A stretch of 64,000 nucleotides of DNA from a bacterium (GCA_963674595.2 CAXXFV010000018.1:63470-127469), one strand, 5' to 3'; numbered from the stretch's first letter, positions 28,957 to 40,360 are shown. Program-made: numbers and translations. Notes: generated by a model from the letters alone, not told the origin.

Positions 28957-31215
28957 ATGAAATCAATAAAGACTCTTTTATTTTTTTTAATGCTTAATTT
29001 TATAAATCCCCTTTTAGCAGCAAACCAGATTGTAACGAACAATAATGATTCAGGAGCAGGATCGCTCAGGCAGGCCATTTCAGATGCCTCCATAGGTGAT
29101 GAAATCACATTCAATCTCGCTGCAGGCAATGAAACGATTGTCCTTACTTCTTCTGTATTGTTTATATCAAAATCCTTAACAATTGACGGGTCTAACTCAT
29201 TGGGCAGTGGTACTCAAATAGCTATTGATGGTGATGACACTCACCGTGTGCTGGAGATTATCGGAGGTTTAGTATCATTAAAAAACATGACAATCCAGAA
29301 TGGGTATTCTCCGGATGGAGGCGGTGGAATTCATAATTCAATCTATGATATGTGGTTGACTATTAACAACTGCCAAATTATAAATAATACCGGGGGACAT
29401 GATTATACTGGGGGAGGCGGCATATGCAATGAGGGGATTATCGACATTATTTCGAATACAACTTTTAGCGGCAATTATTCAGGAAAGTATGGGGCCGGTA
29501 TTTATAATCGCGGAACAATTTTCGGCATATCACAATGTACAATAAATGATAATATTTTATCTTCTAAAAACGGTGGCGGTTTGTATAACGACACAGATGG
29601 AACGATCTATACTATTGACAACTCGACAATAAGCGGAAATATGTTTGCCGATTATGGAGGGGGATTATATAATTCCGGTACAATTTCTCAAATCGATTTT
29701 TGTACGATTGCCAATAACCAGGCAGATAATGGAGGTGGAATATATCTGGATGGAGGCAGTGTAACAATTAAAAATTCAATCAGTGCCAATAATGCGGCGA
29801 CATTCGATGGTGATGATTATTATCGAAACAGCGGAACACTGACAGATAACGGGTACAACATTGTCGAAAACTCAAATGTGCCCGCTTTCGGAAACGGATT
29901 TAATAACATAAATACGATTTTATACAACACAATATATAATAACATAACCACCTCCAACACCACCTGGACAAAAGGTGGAACAGCTTTAAGCAATCAAAAC
30001 CTGTCGCTTTCCGCTACGTTAGCCGATAACGGCGGTTCGACTCAAACTCTCGCGGTGAACGCCGGCAGTTTTGCCATCGGCAGCGGGTATTATGCCAGCA
30101 CTATTACCACAGATCAGCGAACTGTGAGCCGGGTTAGTCCACCCACAATCGGGGCCTATGAAATGAACCAGGCCGTCACCTTCACAGACGGAAGTGCTTA
30201 TTCGCCCGCTCCGGTTCCCGGTCAAACCAATCAGCCTATCGGACGGTTCGCATTGCAGGCCGCCGGTAATGGAAGTGTGTTAACCGGCGCCGACATGACG
30301 CTGAATAATACACGAAGCGGTGTAACGAATTTTAAACTGTGGGCAAGCGCAGACGCTGATTTTAACGCGGGATCAGATACACAACTGGGCTCTACAGTTG
30401 CCGCAGATCCCGGCGATGGCAATTCAGTGAGTTTTTCAGATTTTTCAAGCAGTATCGGAACATCGGCCGGATATTTCTTTCATACATGTGATATTGCTTC
30501 GGATGCTGAGGGCAGTATTAAAGGAGTTGTTGCCGGCAATGCTTCACTAAGTGTTATTGGCGGTGAAATTTCCGGCACACTCAGCAACGAACCACTTTCC
30601 AGCGGCGACACCTCATTGCCTGTCAATCTGGGGCTGTTCACTGCTAGTCAGGAGGGCATATCTGTTATACTCGATTGGACCACAGAAAGTGAAATGAATA
30701 ACCTGGGTTTTATTTTACATCGGTCTGAAGATAAAACTCAATGGCAGAAAATTGCTTCCTATAAAACATGTGCTGAGCTTAAAGGCCAGGGTTATTAATC
30801 AACTCGGACAACATATTGTTATATCGACAAAAAGGTAACTCCTGAAACAGGGTATTACTATCGTATTTCTGATGTGACTGTATCAGGAGAGACCAGGACC
30901 TATAACCCGATTTTCATTCAGCTTGATAAATTACCGAACGAAACTTTTCTGGGAAAACCATATCCCAACCCCTTCAATCCGCAAACATATATTTCCTATA
31001 AATTAAAGAACGAAAGTCTTGTGAATATATCCGTGTATGATATGCTTGGCAGATTAGTCAAAGTCCTTTATAATGATAATCAGTCGGCAGGATATTATAA
31101 TGTGTTTTGGAACGGGACAGACGAAAACGGCCAACAGGCTTGCTCGGGTACCTATATAATCTGTATGCAGACAGATGACAAAAGGCAAATTCAAAAAGTG
31201 CTATATCTAAAATAG
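28957..31215 (+). pseudogene. Secreted beta-helix (polymorphic membrane repeat)/choice-of-anchor-Q protein with T9SS-type C-terminus, broken by in-frame TAA at 30796-30798
   Basis: DSGAGSLRQAI, GGGI.N repeats, LADNGG.TQT...TDQR...IGAYE; KGQGY*STRTTYCYID reads in frame into PYPNPFNP. Confidence 0.85.
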
Positions 31216-31222
31216 AAAAAAT

Positions 31223-31263
31223 ACCTGTGTACGTCAGGAACGGTTTTCCTGACGTACACAGGT
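31223..31263. terminator. 18-bp perfect hairpin between convergent genes
   Basis: ACCTGTGTACGTCAGGAA-CGGTT-TTCCTGACGTACACAGGT. Confidence 0.75.
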
Positions 31264-31281
31264 GTAAACGTTGCGCTTTAA

Positions 31282-31608
31282 TTAAATATCTTTTTCTTCA
31301 TCATCTTTATGGCTGCGCGGGTTGCAGAAGCGGTCACGGAATTTCTTTTTCCATTGATCATCATGCGGGTGACCGTTTTTGTGGGGAAACGATTTGAATA
31401 AAATATGCGATAACACTAAAAGTCCCCATGCCTGCCAGAATGTGATGGTTGTAAGACCGAAAATGGCCGGCATAAGCCAGTTCCAGAGCCACATAACGAC
31501 AACAGCAAACAACAAAGCCATAAGCATGGCCAATATAACGCCGCCAATCGCCATACCAACTATGGTCCTGACGCGTTTTGCTTTATGTAAATGATCTGTT
31601 CTTTCCAT
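31282..31608 (-). CDS. Membrane protein co-encoded with an ECF sigma factor (putative anti-sigma/partner)
   Basis: VVMWLWNWLMPAIFGLTTITFWQAWGLLVLS conserved pattern. Confidence 0.75.
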   Translation of the reverse strand: MERTDHLHKAKRVRTIVGMAIGGVILAMLMALLFAVVVMWLWNWLMPAIFGLTTITFWQAWGLLVLSHILFKSFPHKNGHPHDDQWKKKFRDRFCNPRSHKDDEEKDI

Positions 31609-31617
31609 GATATACCT

Positions 31618-32166
31618 CTATGTTTCATTAAATAGTTTTTTAATTTCCGCCAATTCATTACGAAGAAACTGCACCGCATAACGTTTTCGCGCCAGCAGTG
31701 TATTCACCGAATCACCGGTTTCCCGGGCAAGTTCCTGAAAGGTCCTTCCTTCAATGACCTGCTGAACAAAGACATATTTTTGTTTTTCCGGCAGGGACTC
31801 AATACCTTCAATAATGGCGTTATAAACAAGCTCTCTGTCCGATTCATTCAGGTTATCCGGAATGTCCTCCGTCAGCACGTCCTCAAACCGGATGCCGTTT
31901 TCGACCGGTTCGTTGAGAGACACAACAGGCAGTTTACGCCGCCGATAACGATCGATAATTTTGTTTTTGGCAACTGTGTACAGCCATCCCGTTAAATTAT
32001 CAATGGAATCAAGTACATTAACATGGCCTATCAGTTGAAGATACACGTCCTGCAAGAGGTCTTCAGATTCTTCGAGAGACGAGATTTTTGACCGGATATA
32101 GTTCAAAAGTCCTGAATGTTCGGCGCTAAAAATCTCTTTGAATTTTTTGGATTGTTGTATTGTCAT
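31618..32166 (-). CDS. ECF RNA polymerase sigma factor
   Basis: EDLLQDV, WLYTVAKNKIID..R, LPEKQK.VF, G.SVNTLLARKRYA. Confidence 0.92.
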   Translation of the reverse strand: MTIQQSKKFKEIFSAEHSGLLNYIRSKISSLEESEDLLQDVYLQLIGHVNVLDSIDNLTGWLYTVAKNKIIDRYRRRKLPVVSLNEPVENGIRFEDVLTEDIPDNLNESDRELVYNAIIEGIESLPEKQKYVFVQQVIEGRTFQELARETGDSVNTLLARKRYAVQFLRNELAEIKKLFNET

Positions 32167-32320
32167 TTCACTATTAATGACGTAAAACGTATAAAATTAT
32201 TGTATATTTTTTTTAAAATAACAAAGAAATATTAAAAAAACAAAAACCACAGGTTAATTCCCGCACCACATCACATTAGTATGAAATAGTATATTTCCCC
32301 CAAATTAACCTAATTACCTC

Positions 32321-32420
32321 TTGCGACAGTTTATAAGAATTTGTATTATTCACCTTGCAATTACTCTAGTTTGCTTTTCAGGATTATTAAAAATTAAGGG
32401 CATACTATTTATAACAGTTG
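32321..32420 (+). promoter_or_regulatory. Promoter-plus-hairpin leader family, divergent copy
   Basis: TTGCGA-N17-TATTAT; TAGTTTGCTTTTCAGG..AAGGGCATACTA can pair; resembles the 28820 copy. Confidence 0.5.
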
Positions 32421-32444
32421 ACATCTTAAATCCAGGAGCTGACC

Positions 32445-32921
32445 ATGAAATATAAAATACCAGGCATTATTATTTTATTGGTAATTATAATCCAATTTAT
32501 ACCCTATGGCAAAAACCATACAAATCCATCTGTTGTGGCCGAACCCGCGTGGGATTCCCCACAGACAAGAGCACTTTTTTTTCGTGCTTGTTCAGATTGT
32601 CACAGTAATGAAACAACATGGCCCTGGTACAGCAATGTTGCACCAGGTTCCTGGCTCATTCAACATGATGTAAATGAAGGTCGTGAGCATTTCAACATCT
32701 CCAAATGGGGTGTCCAGAATAGAAATGAAGGTGATGAAGCAGCCGAAGAAGTAAAAGAAGGTGAAATGCCGCCCTGGTTTTATGTCATTGCCCATTCACA
32801 TGCCAGGTTGTCAAAAAACGAAAAAGACCAATTTATTACAGGTCTTTTAAAAACATTCAATGACGAAAAAAAAGAAAACGAATCTGAAACTGAAAATGAA
32901 TCTGAAAAAGGCGAAAATTAA
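32445..32921 (+). CDS. Haem-binding domain (Haem_bd) c-type cytochrome
   Basis: ACSDCHSNET.WPWYS, GR.HFN.S, EMPP..Y. Confidence 0.9.
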   Translation: MKYKIPGIIILLVIIIQFIPYGKNHTNPSVVAEPAWDSPQTRALFFRACSDCHSNETTWPWYSNVAPGSWLIQHDVNEGREHFNISKWGVQNRNEGDEAAEEVKEGEMPPWFYVIAHSHARLSKNEKDQFITGLLKTFNDEKKENESETENESEKGEN

Positions 32922-32958
32922 GTAAGGCCAGGTTATTAAAATATAAAACAGGAAGAAT

Positions 32959-34458
32959 ATGATATCATCATTAAATAAAGACTGGGCAAAGCATGTTGTT
33001 GGCTATCAATGTTTTGTCGACAGCTTTGCCATAGGCAGTAAAGAAATAAAAGAAAAATTATCTTTATATACATCGCCGGTCTATGATAAACAACCCAAAC
33101 TTATAAACTGGTCGGATGAATTTGCCGAATATTCCTTTGGCTATGCATTTTACGGTGGAGACCTTTCGGGAATTATTAACTCAATAAACCAGTACCTGGC
33201 CGACTTTGGAATTGACATGCTTTATTTAACCCCCATATTCAAAGCGGAAAGCAACCATAAATATGATACACTCGATTATATGACTATAGACCCCCAGTTT
33301 GGAGATTCATCGGTTTTTCAAAATCTGGTTAAAACCTGCAAGGACAAAAACATCAAACTTGTACTGGATGGTGTTTTTAACCACACAAGTTATCATCATG
33401 AATGGTTTTTAAAAGCAGCAAAAGGAGAACATCCCTATGACGATTATTTTAAAAAAGACGAAAATGGTCACTTTTTAAACTGGAACGGCGTTGAAACCCT
33501 GGTCCTGTTAAATCACAATAATCCGGATGTTCAAAAATATTTTTACGATTCGCAGCAAAGTATTGTAAAATACTGGCTGGATAAAGGCGCTGACGGCTGG
33601 CGGCTGGATGTGGCCGAACGATTGGGTAAAGACGTAATTAAAAAAATTAAAAAGTGTCTAAAAAATAATTTTGATGATAAAATTCTTTACGGTGAAGTGA
33701 TTGAAACCTATGGTAAAGAGTGGCTGGGCAGCGAATTGCTGGACGGCGCCATGAACTATGTTTTCCTTGGCAACACGGTTAATTTTCTCACAAATAAAAT
33801 TAATGGTGAAACCTTTTTATCGGAACTCGTTAAAATGTATGATGAATATCCAAAAGAGCAGCTTTACAACTGCTGGAATATTATCAGCACACACGACACA
33901 AACCGAATGATTTATGAAGTGGATGGAAACGAAAATCTCTTTAAAATGGCTGTTACACTTCAATTCACCTATCCGGGTATTCCGATGATTTATAACGGGG
34001 ATGAGTTGGGTATATTACCCGGACAAAAAGACAAAAATAATCGTCAGGGGCTTGATTGGCAGCGGGTTGATATTTTAAAATTAAAAGAAAAAGGCCCCTG
34101 GAAAGCCGTTCAACCAATGGATTGGAAGCGGGCAAACCAATATTCCAGTTTTTATAATTTTTATAAACATCTCATTTGGCTGCGAAAAAACTATCCGGTT
34201 TTTGTATACGGTGATTTTATACCTGCTTTTTGCAATGATCAAATTATTGCATACTATCGGTTTTGGGGTGAACAGTATGCTCTGGTTATTATTAACAAAG
34301 CAGAAACTCAAGAGATAGCAGTTAAAGTTCCTGAGGAAATATTAAAAAACAAACCTGTCCTGAAAGGAGTTCACGGTCCGATCAATAAAATAGAGCTTGG
34401 TGAAAAATCATTAAACATAAAAATAAATAAACAAAATTCGCTTATATTTGTCAATTAG
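32959..34458 (+). CDS. GH13 cyclomaltodextrinase/neopullulanase-like glycosidase
   Basis: GGDL.G, SNHKYDT.DY, LDGVFNH, GWRLDVA, GE, THD. Confidence 0.92.
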   Translation: MISSLNKDWAKHVVGYQCFVDSFAIGSKEIKEKLSLYTSPVYDKQPKLINWSDEFAEYSFGYAFYGGDLSGIINSINQYLADFGIDMLYLTPIFKAESNHKYDTLDYMTIDPQFGDSSVFQNLVKTCKDKNIKLVLDGVFNHTSYHHEWFLKAAKGEHPYDDYFKKDENGHFLNWNGVETLVLLNHNNPDVQKYFYDSQQSIVKYWLDKGADGWRLDVAERLGKDVIKKIKKCLKNNFDDKILYGEVIETYGKEWLGSELLDGAMNYVFLGNTVNFLTNKINGETFLSELVKMYDEYPKEQLYNCWNIISTHDTNRMIYEVDGNENLFKMAVTLQFTYPGIPMIYNGDELGILPGQKDKNNRQGLDWQRVDILKLKEKGPWKAVQPMDWKRANQYSSFYNFYKHLIWLRKNYPVFVYGDFIPAFCNDQIIAYYRFWGEQYALVIINKAETQEIAVKVPEEILKNKPVLKGVHGPINKIELGEKSLNIKINKQNSLIFVN

Positions 34459-34922
34459 CGCTTTGCCCCATGTTTATAAGGGAAACGGAACCCGGCAAAA
34501 GATAAAATTGTTTTTAATGACATAATTCAATGGATTAATAGTTTATAATTTCATAAATTGTGAGGTGCAGCTCTAACGCACCTTTTATGTTATGACAAGT
34601 TCCTGGCGGTATTCGTCCTCCATAAAAAAATATGCAGTACGTCCTTAAAAACAACCTGGAACATCTCTGCAAAACAGAGAAAGAGATTGTATATAAAAAG
34701 TTACGGTAGCAGTTAATTCATCAAGAATTATATATACTCTTGATTAAAAACGCCGACTGATACCTGCCGTTATCATCCTGAAAAATAATAACATGCCTCC
34801 CCGGATACCGGGACTTTTCAGACCGGCACTATTTTTGCTAGTCCTCTTTATCTCACCAGAGAGAATGAGACAGAGGTATCCACAGATGCCATATATTAAA
34901 TTATTCAAATGGTTAAATAGAA

Positions 34923-35207
34923 ATGAAAATAATTAACACGATACTTTTACAAAAATGTGGTGACGATTCTCAGATAATCGAAATAAAATTAGCAGCGGTG
35001 ATTACTAAAACGTTCATTTTTTCACTTGGAAAAGGTGGAAACGTACAATATTTGGCCCATTTTAAAAGGCCGATTTTTAAAATTAATGTACCCGGTATTT
35101 ATAATATACAAGGGGTTGCCGGCGAAAAAACAATGCGTGTACATTTATTTAATCCAAAGGTATATTCACTTGACATGCTTTTGAAAAGTATAGAGAAAAT
35201 TGGATAA
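34923..35207 (+). CDS. Hypothetical protein
   Basis: 94-aa ORF with no recognised motif. Confidence 0.4.
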   Translation: MKIINTILLQKCGDDSQIIEIKLAAVITKTFIFSLGKGGNVQYLAHFKRPIFKINVPGIYNIQGVAGEKTMRVHLFNPKVYSLDMLLKSIEKIG

Positions 35208-35467
35208 AATCACCAATTACACAAGCGGGATTGTTTGCCGGATTTTCTTTTAAATACCGGCAAAGAAACTGCTTAATACTTTTCCTCGCTTTTTACTCTC
35301 ACCATAAAACAAGACAAAATTAAAATTATCAGGTAAATTTCTAAACGGGTCGGAAAAATTTAATTTTTAAAATTGTTGCCAAAACCAATATTTTTTTTAC
35401 AATTCAATATTCCTTTTAAACGAATTCATCCGCCATTTTTGCGTTGACGAATCCCGGAAAAACTGTA

Positions 35468-35782
35468 ATGAAAAAATACCCGGTTCTGTTGTTTTTAACA
35501 TTATACAGATCGCTTGTCTATTCCGGTGATAACACACTGCTGTTTGACACTGAGGATGACGACAGCATTGTTACATCCGTTCCCGTTCTTTCAGCCTGGA
35601 AGCAGGTCGTGCTGGACACCAATTACGGCGGAAACTGGATTGTGACCGGTGATGTTGACGGAGACGGCATATCCGACGTAACACTGCTTACCACAGATCC
35701 GGGCATTGTTCATATATTTAAAAATGAACATGGAAAAACGACTTCACAAACAGGCTGTGGTGTGAATTTTACCTTTTATTAA
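35468..35782 (+). pseudogene. Probable internally deleted secreted FG-GAP-type protein
   Basis: Signal-like N-terminus, a single GDVDGDG repeat, then immediately a C-terminal-like tail. Confidence 0.45.
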
Positions 35783-35886
35783 ATTCGTTCATATAAAATT
35801 TATCAATACAAATCCTAAAAATCCGATGTTGACCGAATGCAAGGCAGCAAATAAAGTACAAAATTGATCAGGAGTAGAAAAATTTC

Positions 35887-37344
35887 ATGAACAGACGAGA
35901 ATTTATCAAAAAATCAGGTATTTTATCAACCCTTACCCTCTTACCGCAAACAAAATGCAGCCACGCACCCCAAAAACAACCGAATTTTATTTTCTTTGTC
36001 GTTGACGATCTCGGCTGGTCGGATGTGGGTTGTTACGGAAGCACCTATTATGAAACTCCAAATATCGACAAACTTGCCGCTGATGGTATGAAATTTACCG
36101 ACGCTTATGCTGCGTGCTGTGTATGTTCTCCTTCCCGTGCAAGCCTTATGACAGGCAAATATCCCGGCCGCTTGCACATTACACACGCCATACCCATCGA
36201 TGGAGCAGCACGGCTGAACGCAGACAATAAAGGAACAACGTCCTTGCTGGAACCGGATTACTGTAAAAACATGCCGCTGGAAGAGGTTACAATTGCCGAA
36301 GTTTTAAAATCGGCCGGTTATCAAACCGGATTTTTAGGAAAATGGCATTGCTGCTGGGACAAAGAATATTTTCCACAGTACCAGGGATTTGACATTAATA
36401 TCGGCGGTAATGGCATGGGAAATCCGGGGAATTATTTTTACCCGTATGATGGTAAATGGCGCATGACAAAAAACAATCCGTGGATTAACTGGAACACCTT
36501 GCCGGACGGCAAACCCGGAGAATATCTTACAGACCGGCTGACCGATGAAGCGGAAAAATTCCTTGAATCGCACAAGGACAAACCGTTCTATCTGAATTTA
36601 TCCCATTATGCCGTACACACCCCCATTCAGGCCAAAGAAGAAATAACAATAAAGTTTGATGCCAAAGAAAAGGACGAAATTAAAGGGCATACCAATGCAA
36701 AATATGCAGCCATGATAAAAAGCGTTGACGAAAGCCTTGGCCGCGTTCTTAAAAAGGTAGATGAACTTGGACTGACCGACAACACGATCATTATTTTCAC
36801 ATCCGACAATGGCGGATTTGGTCATGTCACATCAAATTATCCGTTGCGGGGAAACAAGGGGAATTTTTACGAAGGCGGCATTCGTGTACCTGCCATTGTA
36901 GAATGGCCCGGCGTTACAAAACCGGGAACAGTCTCCTCAACAGTATTAATCGGTCCTGATTTTTACCCCACCATGCTGGAAATGGCACAACTGCCTCTTG
37001 AGCCAAAACAGCATGTCGATGGCGTCAGTTTTGCGCCTGTGCTTAAAGGTAAACCGGAAAACATACGGGATGCGGTTTACTGGCACTTTCCACATTATAT
37101 CGGTGCAGGCCATCCAACGCCGGCCAGACCCTGCAGTGTGGTCCGCAGCGGTGATTGGAAACTGATCGAATCCCTGGAAGATGGCAGCGCGCAGTTATTC
37201 AACCTGAAAGATGATCAGGCAGAAACCACCGATCTGGCGTTAAAAATACCGGAAAAAGTTAAAATATTAAAGGATATGCTGGCACAGCACCGTAAAGAAG
37301 CAAACGTGCAAATGCCCGGGAAAAATCCATATTATAATAATTAA
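35887..37344 (+). CDS. Tat-exported Cys-type sulfatase
   Basis: MNRREFIKK; DDLGW.D, CSPSRASLMTG, GKWH, SDNG, KGNFYEGGIRVP. Confidence 0.95.
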   Translation: MNRREFIKKSGILSTLTLLPQTKCSHAPQKQPNFIFFVVDDLGWSDVGCYGSTYYETPNIDKLAADGMKFTDAYAACCVCSPSRASLMTGKYPGRLHITHAIPIDGAARLNADNKGTTSLLEPDYCKNMPLEEVTIAEVLKSAGYQTGFLGKWHCCWDKEYFPQYQGFDINIGGNGMGNPGNYFYPYDGKWRMTKNNPWINWNTLPDGKPGEYLTDRLTDEAEKFLESHKDKPFYLNLSHYAVHTPIQAKEEITIKFDAKEKDEIKGHTNAKYAAMIKSVDESLGRVLKKVDELGLTDNTIIIFTSDNGGFGHVTSNYPLRGNKGNFYEGGIRVPAIVEWPGVTKPGTVSSTVLIGPDFYPTMLEMAQLPLEPKQHVDGVSFAPVLKGKPENIRDAVYWHFPHYIGAGHPTPARPCSVVRSGDWKLIESLEDGSAQLFNLKDDQAETTDLALKIPEKVKILKDMLAQHRKEANVQMPGKNPYYNN

Positions 37345-37497
37345 GAATAGGAAATAGCCATATCCGGACACTTTTTATTCCTAAGCCGGGATATGGGCAA
37401 GATGTCACTATTTATTGTCTCAGTGCCGCGAGTTATAAAAATGAAATCAAATTTCTACCACATAATAAATTTATCTTAATTGTAACTGGAGGAAAGG

Positions 37498-38874
37498 ATG
37501 AAAACACGGTTCTGGATTTTGTACTTGATCGCTGTCTTGTCAATTTTTCTGACAAAAAGCAATGCTAATGCACAATGGGGAAAAAGTTACATTGATTCAC
37601 TGGCAGTGGGTATACTATCACCGGCGACTGTCGCAGATATTCAGAATGATGGTGACCTTGATATTTTAGCGACAAGGATTACTGATTTTGAAAATTTTAC
37701 AGGTGAAATTGTATGGTATGAAGCACCTGACTGGACAGCGCACCTTATCGATGACGACTGGGGTATTTCCAAATCTTTTGACGTTAATGGAGATAATCAA
37801 CCGGATATCATTGCCGCAAATTATGCGGCTGAAGAAGTCGTCTGGTATGAAGCGCCAAACTGGAATCGTCATGTCATCGCTTCCGGAATCCAGGGCGTTG
37901 CAAATATCGACATCGTGGACATGAATAACGATAATGCGATGGATATTATAGCCGGCAGCATTTCTACCGGCATTGTTTGGTACGAAGCGCCAACCAGGAA
38001 TATGCATCAAATAGTACAAGATATATCCGCTTTCTGGTTTATAACCAGTGACATTGACAATGATAATGACCTTGATGTTATTCTTTCAAATGATAATGGC
38101 ATTTATTTTTACGAGGCGCCAACCTGGGCTGTTCATTCCATATCTAATATACCAGATGGCAGAGGCCAACTTGCTGTTGGGGATATTGATGGTGATAGTG
38201 ATTTGGATGTCGTTATAACAGAGGCGGAAGTGAACGAAATTGCTTTTTATGAAAACCCATCATGGACAAGGCATATTGTTGATTCACTGCGAAATCCAAT
38301 TGGTATCAAACTGGTTGATATGGATAAAGACAATGACCTGGATATTGTAGCGAGTGGGCGAGGAAATGAATCAATAAACGGAACAGTTGTATGGTTTGAA
38401 CTTCCTGAATGGACGAAACACACTATTGATGGATCCTTTACCGGAGCATCGGGAATCACGGCCGCCGATGTAAACGGAGATGAAATGCCGGATTTGATTG
38501 TTTGCAGTGTCACCGATAATTCCAGCGGCTCTATAGTGCTTTACACCTCTCCGCTTATAAGCAGAGTCTCCAAAGATATTTCAGCGGCAATTCCGGATTT
38601 TATAACACTTAATCAGAATTTTCCAAATCCATTCAATCCTGAAACAAACATCTCTTATGAACTCCAAAAGAATACACACGTCAGACTAAAAATTTATAAT
38701 TTGTCAGGGCAATGTGTGACAACACTTGTGGACGAAGAAAATTCCAGAGGGTTCCATTGCGTAAATTGGAACGGTAAAGATGATTCGGGAAAAAAAGTCG
38801 CCAGCGGGATTTTTATGTACACCCTTGAAGCAGAAAACGTATTACAAGTAAAAAAAATGATCCTGATACAGTGA
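37498..38874 (+). CDS. FG-GAP/VCBS repeat protein with T9SS/FlgD-Ig C-terminal domain
   Basis: About 7 D.DGD.D.D...WYE.P.W..H repeats; QNFPNPFNPET. Confidence 0.9.
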   Translation: MKTRFWILYLIAVLSIFLTKSNANAQWGKSYIDSLAVGILSPATVADIQNDGDLDILATRITDFENFTGEIVWYEAPDWTAHLIDDDWGISKSFDVNGDNQPDIIAANYAAEEVVWYEAPNWNRHVIASGIQGVANIDIVDMNNDNAMDIIAGSISTGIVWYEAPTRNMHQIVQDISAFWFITSDIDNDNDLDVILSNDNGIYFYEAPTWAVHSISNIPDGRGQLAVGDIDGDSDLDVVITEAEVNEIAFYENPSWTRHIVDSLRNPIGIKLVDMDKDNDLDIVASGRGNESINGTVVWFELPEWTKHTIDGSFTGASGITAADVNGDEMPDLIVCSVTDNSSGSIVLYTSPLISRVSKDISAAIPDFITLNQNFPNPFNPETNISYELQKNTHVRLKIYNLSGQCVTTLVDEENSRGFHCVNWNGKDDSGKKVASGIFMYTLEAENVLQVKKMILIQ

Positions 38875-38896
38875 TCCCATAGTAATTTTTCTCTTT

Positions 38897-38981
38897 TTCC
38901 TGCTCCCGGTTTTAAAAACCTGGGAGCAGGAAGAATTTGTTTTAAAAACATCTTGCCTTGATTTCATTTAATCTGTATAAT
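38897..38981 (+). promoter_or_regulatory. Hairpin followed by a family promoter
   Basis: TTCCTGCTCCC..GGGAGCAGGAA; TTGCCT-N17-TATAAT with spacer GATTTCATTTAAT shared with 40524 and 45961. Confidence 0.65.
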
Positions 38982-39152
38982 TCTTTTTTAAACCAAAGAA
39001 TTCTTTCCAAAAATGAAATACCGGTCCATGAGGCAACTATCGGACTGGAAAAAATTCAAAATTAAAAAATATTGAATATGGATAATTACTTTGTTACTTT
39101 TCTTAAAATATATCCATGGCGTTTAATATAAAAAATTATCGTTCCATTTCAG

Positions 39153-39974
39153 ATGAAGTTTGAAATAAAAAAATACCCTGTTAAACATCCTTTACTAAAA
39201 AAGTATATCAAATTCTTTTGGGAAATTCATGAAGAAAATATACAACTTTACCACAAGCTAATTCCTGTTAGAAATATCGATCTGAAATTCAATTTAAGTG
39301 AAACGCCTCATTTTATATGCTTGAATGGAAAGCAAGATATACTTGAAGATGTCTATTTTTCAGGATTGCAAGATCATTTCAGGAACGCCCATTTAAAATT
39401 AAATGGTAAGGCTGATATATTTGGGATTTGTTTTTTACCTGAAGGTTTTTTCCCTTTTGTTAAAATTCCTGTTTCTGAATTTAAAAATCAATTGCTGGGA
39501 ACCAGTGAAATTGGATTTAATGCAGCAAAAAGAATTAGCGAACGTTTAAAAGAAGCTCACGATGTTGCCGCAAGATTGGATATTATAGAAAACGAGTTAG
39601 CATCTCTGCTTGATGATGCTTATTATATCCCTAAAAAATTTCAACAACTTTTTAATACCCTCAAACAAAACGATAACTCGCAGCAGATAGCTGAATTTTG
39701 CCAACGTCAAAATATCGGTATGCGTAAATTAGAGCGCCTGTATAATAAATATATCGGCATACCAGCTAAAACCTACGGTACGCTTGATCGCTTTCAGAGC
39801 AGTTTAAACAAACTTCTTTATAACGATTATTCCAAATTATCTGACATAGCCTATGATGATGGTTATTTCGATCAGATGCATTTCATCAAAGAGTTCAAAC
39901 GTTTTACAGGAAATACCCCCAAGTGCTTTGTTGTTAATAATAATTCAATGTTACAAATAGGGAAATTAACCTAA
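39153..39974 (+). CDS. AraC-family transcriptional regulator (DUF6597-type N-terminus)
   Basis: R.LER.....IG..., A...GYFDQMHFIKEFKRFTG.TP. Confidence 0.92.
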   Translation: MKFEIKKYPVKHPLLKKYIKFFWEIHEENIQLYHKLIPVRNIDLKFNLSETPHFICLNGKQDILEDVYFSGLQDHFRNAHLKLNGKADIFGICFLPEGFFPFVKIPVSEFKNQLLGTSEIGFNAAKRISERLKEAHDVAARLDIIENELASLLDDAYYIPKKFQQLFNTLKQNDNSQQIAEFCQRQNIGMRKLERLYNKYIGIPAKTYGTLDRFQSSLNKLLYNDYSKLSDIAYDDGYFDQMHFIKEFKRFTGNTPKCFVVNNNSMLQIGKLT

Positions 39975-40048
39975 CTGTCGTTTTTATACTATTTTGTCAA
40001 ATTCTTTTCACTTATATTTCCTCCATAATTTTTAACACTAGATAATTT

Positions 40049-40360
40049 ATGGAGAACACAATGATTACAGAATTTGTAAAATTTACAGCATTAGAAACAA
40101 CAACAGAAAAACAGCTCATATCAAAATCTGACAGCTTGATTAATGGATTCTGGAAAAAGCAAGACGGTTTTTTAGATGCTGAATTAGTTAAAGATGTTGA
40201 AGAAAATTCATGGTGTTTTATATACCACAATGAAAGTATGGAAAAGCTAAAAGCCGGCGGTGAAAAAATGCGTAACAGTAAAGAATTTGGCGAGTTTATC
40301 TCCCTTATTGTTCCCAAAAGCATTTGTGTAACGTTCTATCGCCAATTAATAAAATGGTAG
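40049..40360 (+). CDS. Small dimeric alpha/beta-barrel (ABM-like) protein, probable AraC target
   Basis: F.KKQDGF...ELVK pattern; GGAG RBS; directly after AraC. Confidence 0.55.
   Translation: MENTMITEFVKFTALETTTEKQLISKSDSLINGFWKKQDGFLDAELVKDVEENSWCFIYHNESMEKLKAGGEKMRNSKEFGEFISLIVPKSICVTFYRQLIKW

Noticed and set aside
30796-30798. Selenocysteine/pyrrolysine or alternative-code readthrough
   Set aside because: The codon is TAA, the commonest true stop in this window
34820-34872. Hammerhead ribozyme on the minus strand (CTGGTGA...GAAA)
   Set aside because: The core deviates from CUGANGA and the flanking stems do not form in the required register
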